A stretch of DNA of 64,000 nucleotides from Elusimicrobiota bacterium (GTDB lineage Bacteria; Elusimicrobiota; Elusimicrobia; F11), in contig JBGAON010000002.1 of the NCBI GenBank assembly GCA_044221725.1, positions 96,001 to 160,000 of the forward strand, written 5' to 3'. Position 1 is the first letter of the stretch. The number at the start of each line of letters is the position of its first letter. The translations under genes were made by a program, and so were the position numbers. Below are positions 9,353-18,775 of the stretch, piece by piece. The notes beneath the pieces were generated by a model. That model did no database searches and was not told the DNA's origin. It worked only from the letters and a program-made list of their open reading frames with translations.

Positions 9353-11248
9353 ATGAAGCGGTTGTTCTGGGTGTTTGCAGCAGTTCTGTTGTTTGTCCTT
9401 CCTATTATTAAGGCCGAAAATACCGATGAGAGTTCCGATCCGGCGTTTGTGTCATTAACGCGCGAGGCCACGCCGATGTCGAAATTGCCGACCAATATTT
9501 CGGTGTTTACGGCGCAACAGATAAAGGATTCCGGTGCCAACAGCGTCGCCGAGGTTTTGTCGCTGTTGCCGGGTATTGACGTTCAACGCGGAGGAGAATT
9601 GGGATCGCTCGCGTCGGTGCGCATTCGTGGCGTGCCCGATTCGAATCAGGTTCAGATTCTTGTTGATGATCAGCCGCTCGGCGGGGTGTCGATTCAATCC
9701 GTCAACATCGGCATCATTCCGGTCGACAACATTGAGCGCATCGAAGTGGTGCGCGGCAGCTCACCAGGTTTGTACGGCGCGAATACGATCGGCGGTGTGA
9801 TCCACATCATTACGAAGAAAAAAACCACGGAGGCCGAAGCGAAATTTGGTTTTGAAGGTCGCTCCTACAAAACCAAAATCAACGCCGCGCAGGTCTCGGG
9901 TAAAGCATCGCTGCTCGATTATTTCGTGACAGCCAATCACTACGAAACGGAAGGCTACCAAGTGAATGGCGACGTGAACGACACGAACGTCACGACCAAT
10001 ATCGGCAGCTCGTTTGATAACGGTGCGCGTGTGGACTTGGCCCTCGACTTCACCCAGCATGAATTGGGCACGCCGAACGGAACGCCTGTGGCGTTTGATC
10101 AATGGAATGGAGAAACAGAACGCGCGCAGGTGAACACACCAACGCAGCGTGTCGAAGACAACCTGCACAAAGCGCGACTTAAGGGAAGGATGCCCCTCGG
10201 TTCTGGCGCGCAGGTCGAAACGAATTTCTTTAATTTGGACGAATCCTATGCGCTCCGATCGGCCCCGGACACCACGCCGTTCGCGGAATTTCACAACACG
10301 ATACTTGGAAACGATACGCGCGTGGCGTTTGTGAACGGTTTGATTCTCGGCGGCGCGTACGAGTGGGATGGGCGCGATTCGCAGGGGCAAGCCTCGCACA
10401 ATATTTCCAATTGGGGCGGATACGCACAGGACGAATTTCACCTCAGTAAATTGAGCGTGATGCCCGCGTTGCGATACGATCAACAGTCAACATTTGGCCA
10501 TCAGTGGAATCCGCGGTTGGCATTGGTTTATCAGGCGCAGGAAAATTGGAAAATTTCCGCGAACGCCGCGCGCGCGTACCGCGCGCCAACGCTGGTGAAC
10601 TTGTACATCGATGCGCGCGACCCGCTTTTCCCCGCGTTTGATTTCGTAGGAAATCCAAACCTTCAGCCGGAAACCGCGTGGACGTACGATCTCGGTACCG
10701 AAGTGCGAGCGCACGGTATGAAATTTGGCGTGTCGGGGTATTACACGAAAATAAAAGACCGCATTGCGACGGTGGACACCGACGGAAACGGCAACGACGA
10801 CACGTATCAAAATGCGTCGCGAGCCGAATTGGCCGGCGCTGAAGTGGATGTTTCCGCTCAAACGGGTTTCATCACGCACGAATTGAACGGTACGTTTCAG
10901 CGCGCAAAAGGAAATTCGACGACATCCACGGAGTACGTGAATCTGCGCTTGACGCCGAAATTCATTGGAAATTATCGACTGATTGCGCGTTTGCCAGCGG
11001 GGGCCCGCTTCATCAATACGTTGCAATATTCGGGCAAGCAGTTCCAAAATGACAACGATGGCGGCAAAGAATTACCATCGTACACACTTTGGAACATACG
11101 TCTTGAAGAAAAGATAAAAGCACTCACAATGTTTGCTGGAGTGAACAATATTACCGATAAGCTTTACGCCGAGTCGTTTACGTTTGGAACCCCCGTTCCT
11201 CAGGCAACGCGCAATTATGTCGCCGGCGCGACCTTGGCGTTTCGTTAA
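9353..11248 (+). CDS. btuB: TonB-dependent outer-membrane receptor, BtuB-like cobalamin transporter
   Basis: Signal peptide; plug motifs IRG and IERIEVVRGSSPGLYGANTIGGVIHIITK; GNPNLQPE; C-terminal Phe; B12 riboswitch context. Confidence 0.85.
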   Translation: MKRLFWVFAAVLLFVLPIIKAENTDESSDPAFVSLTREATPMSKLPTNISVFTAQQIKDSGANSVAEVLSLLPGIDVQRGGELGSLASVRIRGVPDSNQVQILVDDQPLGGVSIQSVNIGIIPVDNIERIEVVRGSSPGLYGANTIGGVIHIITKKKTTEAEAKFGFEGRSYKTKINAAQVSGKASLLDYFVTANHYETEGYQVNGDVNDTNVTTNIGSSFDNGARVDLALDFTQHELGTPNGTPVAFDQWNGETERAQVNTPTQRVEDNLHKARLKGRMPLGSGAQVETNFFNLDESYALRSAPDTTPFAEFHNTILGNDTRVAFVNGLILGGAYEWDGRDSQGQASHNISNWGGYAQDEFHLSKLSVMPALRYDQQSTFGHQWNPRLALVYQAQENWKISANAARAYRAPTLVNLYIDARDPLFPAFDFVGNPNLQPETAWTYDLGTEVRAHGMKFGVSGYYTKIKDRIATVDTDGNGNDDTYQNASRAELAGAEVDVSAQTGFITHELNGTFQRAKGNSTTSTEYVNLRLTPKFIGNYRLIARLPAGARFINTLQYSGKQFQNDNDGGKELPSYTLWNIRLEEKIKALTMFAGVNNITDKLYAESFTFGTPVPQATRNYVAGATLAFR

Positions 11249-11251
11249 TTC

Positions 11252-11821
11252 ATGAAAGACGTCGCCCCGCGAACATTTAAGGGGCCCGACAAGCGTATTA
11301 AGAAGGGCCTCCTTATTATTTATACGGGAAACGGCAAGGGCAAATCCACGGCCGCTTTTGGGGCCGCGTTCCGATCTCTCGGGCGCGGCTTCAAGGTGGC
11401 GGTAGTCCAGTTCATCAAAGGATCGTGGGTGTCGGGCGAGATCAAATCGCTTGAAAAATTTGGCAAGCAGGTGGATTATTTTGCGGTGGGGGAAGGTTTC
11501 ACCTGGGAAACCAAGAGTCTTGAGAAAGATATGGCTTTGGCCCGGAAAGGTTGGGACAAATGCAAAGAGTTTCTCGAGGCGGGCCAACACGATGTGTATC
11601 TTTTTGATGAGCTGATTTATGTTCTCAAATACAATTTCCTGTACGTTGACGACGTGCGGCGTACCATTCAGAAGCTGCGTCCCAAAAATGCGCATGTGAT
11701 CCTGACGGGCCGTGATGCCCCCGCGGAGCTCGTGGATGACGCGGATCTCGTAACAGAAATGCGCGAAGTGAAACATCCGTATCAGAAAGGAATAATGGCG
11801 CAACCCGGGATTGATTACTAG
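11252..11821 (+). CDS. cobO: Cob(I)yrinic acid a,c-diamide adenosyltransferase (CobO/BtuR)
   Basis: YTGNGKGKSTAAFG, VQFIKG, LTGR, ADLVTEMREVKHPY, GIDY. Confidence 0.95.
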   Translation: MKDVAPRTFKGPDKRIKKGLLIIYTGNGKGKSTAAFGAAFRSLGRGFKVAVVQFIKGSWVSGEIKSLEKFGKQVDYFAVGEGFTWETKSLEKDMALARKGWDKCKEFLEAGQHDVYLFDELIYVLKYNFLYVDDVRRTIQKLRPKNAHVILTGRDAPAELVDDADLVTEMREVKHPYQKGIMAQPGIDY

Positions 11822-11870
11822 ATAGGCAATCGGCTATCATTCGCTCTTAATTGATTTTTTGGAGGATTTG

Positions 11871-12188
11871 ATGGCTTCGGACGCGACGCACAAGTGTGGT
11901 TGGACAACAAACCCGGCAGACAAATATTGCCGCGGTTGCGGAGAACGGATTTTCAAATCCACACGCGAATACGGTGAAATTACGGCCGAAATGGAAGCGC
12001 TTAAAACGATGGCGATGGAAAAGCCGCACCCGGCGTTTGGCGCTATCGCAATGATGATTTTCAATATTCTGTCGTGGTCCTCCGGAGACAGCCAAGTCCG
12101 CCCCACGGAGCTTCTTAAGCAGATGGAAAAAATGGCGGACCGTATGCCGGGAGGATGGGGATTCCCGCCGTCCGGGCCAAATCCTTAA
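11871..12188 (+). CDS. Hypothetical protein with N-terminal zinc-ribbon-like motif
   Basis: GGAGG RBS; HKCG...YCRGCG. Confidence 0.6.
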   Translation: MASDATHKCGWTTNPADKYCRGCGERIFKSTREYGEITAEMEALKTMAMEKPHPAFGAIAMMIFNILSWSSGDSQVRPTELLKQMEKMADRMPGGWGFPPSGPNP

Positions 12189-12244
12189 AGACTTTCCTTC
12201 CAACGGTCAACCCTAATCTGAATCCCGCGAATTAAAGGACAATC

Positions 12245-15200
12245 ATGAAACCCAAATTCACCGCACAAGGCGAAAGTTTTGTTATTGATCATTACAACTC
12301 CGCCGCGCCGTTTTCTAACTTTCTTCCAGCGCTCGCCGGTTTAACCGGCAAACCAATGTGGGTGTTCTTTACGAACCGCGGGCAAGGTATCGCTGGCTTT
12401 GGTGTGAACAACAAAGATGGCGCCATGATGGAATTTCTCGCGGCCAATAAAGCGTATCAAGCCACTCCGCTCGTGGGTTTTCGCACATTTATCCAATCCG
12501 GCAACGGAAAATCGGCGGTTTACGAGCCATTCTCGATCGAATCAAGCGCACGTCACCATCAGTCCATGGTATCCCGCCCGTACGAAGTCGAATTCCGTGA
12601 GAAGAATGCAGAGTTGGGAATTGAAGTGACCGTAACATACTTTGGGGTTCCAAACGAAAACTGTGCGGTGCTCGCTCGATCGTTGACTATCAAAAACATC
12701 GGAAACAAAACACTCTCACTAAATGTGGTTGATGGGATGCCGCGCATCGTTCCTTTCGGCATGAACGATTTCCTGGTGAAAAACATGAGCCGCACAATCG
12801 AAGCGTTTGCGGAAGTTGTGAATCTGAAAGCGAACGTGCCGCTGTTCAAGTTGAAGATTGAACCGAGCGATCGGCCGGAAATCAAGTTCCTTGATAGCGG
12901 ATTTTTCGCGTTTTCTCTTTTCGATGAGGACTTTCTGGCGCCGATCGTGGACCCATCGCTTGTGTTCGGGTCCGACACGTCGTTTCAAAAAACATTGGAA
13001 TCACTGGACCGTGTAAAGCCGAGCCCCAAGCAACTCACGTCAAACATTATGCCGTCGGCATTTTTTTCGAACGCTACAAACATCGCGGCGAAACAATCTC
13101 GGACATGGACGTCCTTCTACGGGTACGTCGAGAGCGTGGCCGAAGCGAATCATTATGCGGTGTCCGTGAAATCACAGAAAAATTATTTTGATTCGAAGCG
13201 CGCCGAAATGAAACAAGTATATGTCGATCTCGTTGGGAATTTTGGATTCACAAGCGGAAACGAAACGCTTAACCAATACGCTTCCACCACGTTCATGGAC
13301 AACGTGCTACGCGGTGGACTTCCGGCTATTTTTGGTCCACCACCGGCCGCGCCAACGTTGAGCCCGCATGTGGCCCACGTGTTCGCGCGCAAGCACGGCG
13401 ACATGGAACGGGATTACAATAACTTCCAAGTGTCGGCGACGGCCTATTCGCAAGGGAACGGAAATTTCCGCGACGTGAATCAAAACAGACGCAACGATTT
13501 GCTGGTAAATCCAAAAGTTGGCACCGCAAACCTTGAAATGTTTTTCAACATGCTTCAGTTGGATGGCTTTAATCCGCTTGTGGTGAACCCCGTTCGGTTT
13601 TCGGTTCCGAAAGATATTTTGAATCGCCTCGATCTCAACATGACGGATCGTGCGCGAGCTGATTATGTGGCGCTTATCCGCCAACCGGCGCTCATCGGGC
13701 AAATTTACGAATTCATTCGCCGGTATTCGGTGGACCCGTTGAACGTGAACAACCAGTTCCGCGATGTCATGAATATTTCCACGCCGCATCAGGGCGTCCA
13801 GCACGGCGAAGGTTTCTGGATTGATCACTGGATTTACAACTTGGATCATCTTGATTTGTTTGTCGCCATGTTCCCGGAAAAAAAGAAATGGCTGTTCTAT
13901 GAGAAGAACGATTTCACGTTTTATGATTCCGATCACTTCGTTCGTCCGCGGCGCGAGAAATACATTCTTACGTCCGACAAAAAAATTCGCCAATACGGCG
14001 CTGTTGTAGAAAGTCCGCAAAAGGCGGAGCTCATCAAGGCGCGTCTCACGCAGCCGAACAAAGTTCGGACGGAAAACGGCCAGGGCGACATTCTTCAAGT
14101 AAATTTCTTTACGAAGTTGTTGGCGTTGGCCACCGTAAAGGCAAGCTCGCTCGATCCGCATGGCGTCGGTCTTGAAATGGAGGCAGACAAGCCGGGATGG
14201 TGCGATGCTCTGAATGGTTTGCCGGGAATTATCGGCTCTTCGTCACACGAAATGTTCGAGCTGCATCGCCTTGTGAAATTTATCATCGATGAGGTTTTGC
14301 CGTTGTCGGAAAATAAAGCCGTGGATATTCCATCCGAACTGTATTCGTTCTTGCGCGAAGTTCACGAGGGGCTCGAGCTTTATGATGGGAAGGATTTCGT
14401 TCCCGTATGGGACCGTCTGTCCACCGCACGTGAGGATTTTCGTGCGCGTACGTTCATGGGAATGTCGGGCAAAACGCGCAATATTCGCGTGTTGGAGCTG
14501 AAGAACTTTTTAACTGTCGTTTCGACGGCGCTTTCGCGCGCTGAAAAGAAAGCCATGGATCCCGAAACGGGAATTCCGACGTCGTATTTCTATTACGACG
14601 TTGACGGGTCCGATCTCGGCGATGGCTGGCGTCATTCGTTAGCAACTATCGTGTGGAAGCAGCATCGTTTGCCGCCGTTCCTCGAAGGCGCCGTGCACGC
14701 GATGAAAACACTGAAGCCCGGTGATGCGCGCAAACTGTACAACGCGGTCAAAAAATCGGAACTGTATGACCGCGAAGTAAAAATGTACCGCCTAAACGCG
14801 CCGCTGACAAACGAGACGACGGAACTTGGCCGTGTGTGCGTTTTCTCTCCGGGCTGGCTCGAGAACGAATCGATTTTCTTGCACATGCACTACAAGTATT
14901 TGCTGGAACTGTTGCGTGCGGGAATGACCGATACGTTTTTCCGCGAAATTGAAACCGGTTGGATCGCGTTCCACAATCCGGAAGTTTATGGGCGCTCGAT
15001 CTATGAAAATTCTTCATTCATTGCGAGCTCGGCTTTTCCAAACGCCGAGTATCATGGTCGCGGGTATGTTGCCCGTTTATCCGGAGCAACGTCCGAATTT
15101 TTGAGCATGACCTACATCCTTGTGTTCGGACAGAAAATGTTTAAGACGATCGATAGCGAAGTCGTGTTCTCTCCGGATCCCACGCTTCCGAAAGACTGGT

Positions 15201-15445
15201 TCACAAAGGAAGATTCGTTGATGCATGGAAAAAACACATTTTCGCTGCATTTGTTTGGCGTCCCAGTAACATACGTGAACGAATCGCGTAAAAATACGTT
15301 TGGCGCGGGTGCCGCGAAGCTGGTCGGGTACGAATGGATTTTGGACGGACGTTTCTATCGCCACAACGGGCGCCACCTGACATGGGACGCTTCGATGGCG
15401 CTGCGGGAAGGGAAACTTGAAAAGCTGACGATCTACCTTAAATAA
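12245..15445 (+). CDS. Large glycoside phosphorylase, probably GH161 beta-1,3-glucan phosphorylase (GH94-related)
   Basis: 1066 aa; WVFFTNRGQ, RKHGDMERDYN, SQGNGNFRDVNQNRR, KPGWCDALNGLPG, GWLENESIFLHMHYKY, RLSGATSEF. Family assigned from remembered motifs. Confidence 0.7.
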   Translation: MKPKFTAQGESFVIDHYNSAAPFSNFLPALAGLTGKPMWVFFTNRGQGIAGFGVNNKDGAMMEFLAANKAYQATPLVGFRTFIQSGNGKSAVYEPFSIESSARHHQSMVSRPYEVEFREKNAELGIEVTVTYFGVPNENCAVLARSLTIKNIGNKTLSLNVVDGMPRIVPFGMNDFLVKNMSRTIEAFAEVVNLKANVPLFKLKIEPSDRPEIKFLDSGFFAFSLFDEDFLAPIVDPSLVFGSDTSFQKTLESLDRVKPSPKQLTSNIMPSAFFSNATNIAAKQSRTWTSFYGYVESVAEANHYAVSVKSQKNYFDSKRAEMKQVYVDLVGNFGFTSGNETLNQYASTTFMDNVLRGGLPAIFGPPPAAPTLSPHVAHVFARKHGDMERDYNNFQVSATAYSQGNGNFRDVNQNRRNDLLVNPKVGTANLEMFFNMLQLDGFNPLVVNPVRFSVPKDILNRLDLNMTDRARADYVALIRQPALIGQIYEFIRRYSVDPLNVNNQFRDVMNISTPHQGVQHGEGFWIDHWIYNLDHLDLFVAMFPEKKKWLFYEKNDFTFYDSDHFVRPRREKYILTSDKKIRQYGAVVESPQKAELIKARLTQPNKVRTENGQGDILQVNFFTKLLALATVKASSLDPHGVGLEMEADKPGWCDALNGLPGIIGSSSHEMFELHRLVKFIIDEVLPLSENKAVDIPSELYSFLREVHEGLELYDGKDFVPVWDRLSTAREDFRARTFMGMSGKTRNIRVLELKNFLTVVSTALSRAEKKAMDPETGIPTSYFYYDVDGSDLGDGWRHSLATIVWKQHRLPPFLEGAVHAMKTLKPGDARKLYNAVKKSELYDREVKMYRLNAPLTNETTELGRVCVFSPGWLENESIFLHMHYKYLLELLRAGMTDTFFREIETGWIAFHNPEVYGRSIYENSSFIASSAFPNAEYHGRGYVARLSGATSEFLSMTYILVFGQKMFKTIDSEVVFSPDPTLPKDWFTKEDSLMHGKNTFSLHLFGVPVTYVNESRKNTFGAGAAKLVGYEWILDGRFYRHNGRHLTWDASMALREGKLEKLTIYLK

Positions 15446-15450
15446 ATTGT

Positions 15451-15978
15451 CTACCACTCGTAAAAAATTTTTCCACCGCTGAAATCGTAGTTATCGTCGT
15501 TCAAATAAATGAATCCCTGCGCAGGGTCATAGATGAACGGCCGATCGATCGGAACAAATCCCGGTGTTCCTCGAAGAATAAACACATCTCGTTTTGGGTT
15601 TGACCGGCTCGCGGTGTCGGCCATGTCATCAAACCTGAATCCACCGCCGGTTAGAAGACGATCCCGCAAAATCGGCGTCGGTATTGTCTGTATATAGTGC
15701 GGGCACAGTGCTTGCGACAGATTGACTCCATATGTTTCCGGATCGCCATCGGGAACCGATGCCAACGGATACGTGCCAAGCTGATCCGAATAGTACAGCG
15801 CGATCGCCGAACGGATTGACCCCAGATTGCTGCGGGTATTCGATTGATACGCTTTCTGCAACAACATGTCGAAGTGTGGCGACATGATCGATGCGAGAAT
15901 TGCGATGATGATCACCACCATGAGAACTTCGATAAGCGTGTAGCCCGACGATTGGCAGCGGGGAATTTTAGGATTCAT
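15451..15978 (-). CDS. Type IV pilin / type II secretion pseudopilin
   Basis: Class III signal G|YTLIEVLMVVIIIAIL with Glu at +5; NLGSIRSAIALYY...YP helix. Confidence 0.85.
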   Translation of the reverse strand: MNPKIPRCQSSGYTLIEVLMVVIIIAILASIMSPHFDMLLQKAYQSNTRSNLGSIRSAIALYYSDQLGTYPLASVPDGDPETYGVNLSQALCPHYIQTIPTPILRDRLLTGGGFRFDDMADTASRSNPKRDVFILRGTPGFVPIDRPFIYDPAQGFIYLNDDNYDFSGGKIFYEW

Positions 15979-16699
15979 CCGTGGTCGTCTTGAGAGTGAT
16001 GCGTTTCGCGGTTTCGCGTGCGACCGTAATTGTAATTCCTCGGGCGGGTTTCAATTGGACGGACCCAGCGGGAATTGGTTCTGTCCAGGTTGAAGCATCG
16101 GTGTTCACTGCGGAAACGAGCGATTTCGAATAAGAAGCCGACAGAGATTTGTCGACGCGGATGCGGTACTGATGTGGTTGTGTGTCGACGTTTTCAACTT
16201 TCAGAAGCCCACCGCTGCGAAACAGGATCAGTATATTTTTCGAGGAATCGACGGCTTTGCGTTGGGTTTCCAATTGTTCCATTCGTTTTTGTTGGCGTTT
16301 GATGTAGGCGTACTGTGTCTGTTTCAGTTTCTCTTCTTCGGATGAATCGGTGACCGGCTGTTCAGCGGGTTTGTAAGAGCCCCATTTTGAGGATGCGGAT
16401 TTCTGGAGCTCTTCCTCTTTCATTCGTGCTTCTTCCGCTTTAATCCGCGCCAAAAGCACCGGATCCATTTTTGCAAGGGTCGAGGCCGAAAGTTTGTCCA
16501 ACATTCCCGGCACCACACGAAGTTTTTCCTTTGATCGATCCACCTGTTTCGGAGGTTCCGGATTTCTGATCATTATTCTCGCGCCAATGGAAACAATGCA
16601 AATAACGGCGAGTAGGCGAATTCGTTTCTTTGTCGCGCGGCGTCGGCGCAATTCTAGTTCTTCGGGGCTGTCGTAATAATTGGATGGGTCGTACGCCAT
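15968..16699 (-). CDS. Hypothetical single-pass membrane protein
   Basis: Basic stretch RRRRATKKR then a TM helix; overlaps the pilin start, so probably co-transcribed. Confidence 0.65.
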   Translation of the reverse strand: MAYDPSNYYDSPEELELRRRRATKKRIRLLAVICIVSIGARIMIRNPEPPKQVDRSKEKLRVVPGMLDKLSASTLAKMDPVLLARIKAEEARMKEEELQKSASSKWGSYKPAEQPVTDSSEEEKLKQTQYAYIKRQQKRMEQLETQRKAVDSSKNILILFRSGGLLKVENVDTQPHQYRIRVDKSLSASYSKSLVSAVNTDASTWTEPIPAGSVQLKPARGITITVARETAKRITLKTTTDES

Positions 16700-16792
16700 G
16701 GATTAAGTGTAGATATCTACCCAGTGATTTTCCAGCTCGAATAATTGATTTTTATCATCAAATTCCGATGATTTGCAGCTTGTTTCGTTTGC

Positions 16793-16821
16793 TTGACGCA
16801 TCCGCTCGAAATCAATACACT
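16793..16821 (+). promoter_or_regulatory. Sigma70-type promoter of the rimP-nusA-infB operon
   Basis: TTGACG (16793-16798), 17-bp spacer, TACACT (16816-16821). Confidence 0.7.
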
Positions 16822-16831
16822 AGCGCCCTGG

Positions 16832-16859
16832 AAGTGGCCCGAGAAAGGCCACTTTTTTT
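16832..16859 (+). promoter_or_regulatory. rimP leader hairpin / attenuator
   Basis: AAGTGGCC-CGAGAAA-GGCCACTT plus T-run just after the predicted start site, like the widely conserved rimP leader. Confidence 0.7.
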
Positions 16860-16884
16860 AATTTTAGAGGGATGTGGTGCCGCT

Positions 16885-17349
16885 GTGAACGATCTTTTAA
16901 CCAAAATTGAGCAATTGGTCACCCCTATTTTGGAAAAAGAAGACGTCGAATTGGTTGATTTAACGTATCAAAAATCACACGGTGGGTGGACGCTAAGTTT
17001 TTTTCTCGATAAACCCAACGGCATCACATTGGACGACTGTACCGACTGGAGTCACCGTTTGGGAACGATTCTCGATGCGTCGGATGTATTGGACCGCGCG
17101 TACGTATTGGAAGTATCGTCGCCAGGCTTGGATCGGTCACTTCGAAAGTTAAAGGATTTTCAAAAGTTTGCGGGACAGAAGGTGCACGTTCGGTTGCTGA
17201 ACCCGCTCAACGGCCAAAAGAATTTTCATGGTGTCTTGCTTGGGGCCAGCGAGAATTCCATTCGTCTGGAATTGGACGACAAACGAAAGGTCGACTTGCC
17301 AATGGATCAGTTGGCTAAATGTCGATTGCAGCCAGTGGTATCGTTTTAA
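16885..17349 (+). CDS. rimP: Ribosome maturation factor RimP
   Basis: GITLDDC, YVLEVSSPGLDRSL; first gene of the nusA operon; start probably GTG 16885. Confidence 0.93.
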   Translation: MNDLLTKIEQLVTPILEKEDVELVDLTYQKSHGGWTLSFFLDKPNGITLDDCTDWSHRLGTILDASDVLDRAYVLEVSSPGLDRSLRKLKDFQKFAGQKVHVRLLNPLNGQKNFHGVLLGASENSIRLELDDKRKVDLPMDQLAKCRLQPVVSF

Positions 17350-17377
17350 ACATTTTTAGAGTTGGACGGGAGGCGTC

Positions 17378-18769
17378 GTGGATATTAAAAGTGGTCTCGG
17401 GCATGTTCTGGACCAAATTGAACGCGAAAAAGGGATCAAAAAAGAAGAGATCTTAAAAATGATCGAGCAGGCGCTCGTATCGGCGTATCGCAAACACGCG
17501 GGCGATGCGGTCAACGTGGAAGCGCACCTCGATCCGTCCGGTGAAATTTCAGCCGTGGTTGTTAAAGTCATCGTTGAGAAAGTCGTCGACCCAATGACCG
17601 AAGTGAGCATCGAGGAAGCGAAAAGAATCGACGATAACGCCGCTGTTGGTGGTCAGGTTCGTTACCCCATTGATACCGAAGAGTTCGGACGTATTGCTGC
17701 GCAAACGGCCAAACAAGTTCTCACCCAAAAAATCCGCGAAACCGAAAGGGAATTCGTATACGACGAATTCAAACCGAAAGAAGGCACGCTCGTGAACGGA
17801 CAAGTGCATCGTTTTGTGAACCGCAACGTGGTCGTGGATCTTGGTCGCGCGGAAGGCGTGCTGCCGGTGCGCGAACAAGTGCGCCGTGAACATTGGGTGG
17901 TTGGAGAGCGTATTCGCGTGCTCGTGCTGCGCGTTGAAAAAGGCCCGCGCGGTCCCGAAGTTGTTTTGTCGCGTGCGAACGAAGATTTTGTGAAGCGTCT
18001 TTTTGAACAAGAGGTGCCCGAGATCTACGAGAAGACTGTTCAGGTCGTTGCCGTGGTTCGTGAGCCGGGCCAGCGTTCGAAAGTGGTTGTTAAATCGAAC
18101 AATCCTAAGGTTGACCCGATCGGGGCATGCGTTGGTGTGAAAGGTTCGCGTGTACGGCCGATCATTAACGAACTTCAGGGGGAGCGCATTGACCTGGTCC
18201 CGTTCTCGACGGATCCGGCGACGTTTATTTCCTCATCGTTAGCGCCCGCAAAGCCGCTTGGCGTTTCGATCATTGACGCGGATAAGAAACACGCCGAAGC
18301 GCTCGTCGCCGATGATGCGTTGTCGCTTGCCATTGGCAAGAATGGACAGAACGTGCGTCTCGCGTCCAAACTCACCGGTTGGGAAATTGATATCAAGACC
18401 GAGTCGCAACGCAAGCAACAAAGTCAAGCAAACGCGTCGGCGGCGCGTGCGATGTTTCTCGAACTTGAAGGCGTGGGACCTCGTATCGCGGATGTTTTGA
18501 TTCGCGGCCGTATGGACTCGCTTGAAAAAATAGCGAACGCCAAGGTGGAAGATTTAACGGTGTTTGCTGGTATTGGCGAAAAACTAGCCGAAAAAATGAT
18601 TCAATCGGCCAAAGAGCAACTTGAAAAAACGGCGCAGCAGCCTTCGGTACCGAATTTGTCTCCGACCGAGGGCGTGACGGCCTCCGACGTTACGAACGAA
18701 GAGCCGCAAGAAGGCGACATCGTGATCGAAGAGTCCGTTAACGGACATGCAAAGGAAATTTCCGAGTAA
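17378..18769 (+). CDS. nusA: Transcription factor NusA
   Basis: [13 protein letters not shown]1 and KH domains, [29 protein letters not shown]. Confidence 0.98.
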   Translation: MDIKSGLGHVLDQIEREKGIKKEEILKMIEQALVSAYRKHAGDAVNVEAHLDPSGEISAVVVKVIVEKVVDPMTEVSIEEAKRIDDNAAVGGQVRYPIDTEEFGRIAAQTAKQVLTQKIRETEREFVYDEFKPKEGTLVNGQVHRFVNRNVVVDLGRAEGVLPVREQVRREHWVVGERIRVLVLRVEKGPRGPEVVLSRANEDFVKRLFEQEVPEIYEKTVQVVAVVREPGQRSKVVVKSNNPKVDPIGACVGVKGSRVRPIINELQGERIDLVPFSTDPATFISSSLAPAKPLGVSIIDADKKHAEALVADDALSLAIGKNGQNVRLASKLTGWEIDIKTESQRKQQSQANASAARAMFLELEGVGPRIADVLIRGRMDSLEKIANAKVEDLTVFAGIGEKLAEKMIQSAKEQLEKTAQQPSVPNLSPTEGVTASDVTNEEPQEGDIVIEESVNGHAKEISE

Positions 18770-18775
18770 TTATTC

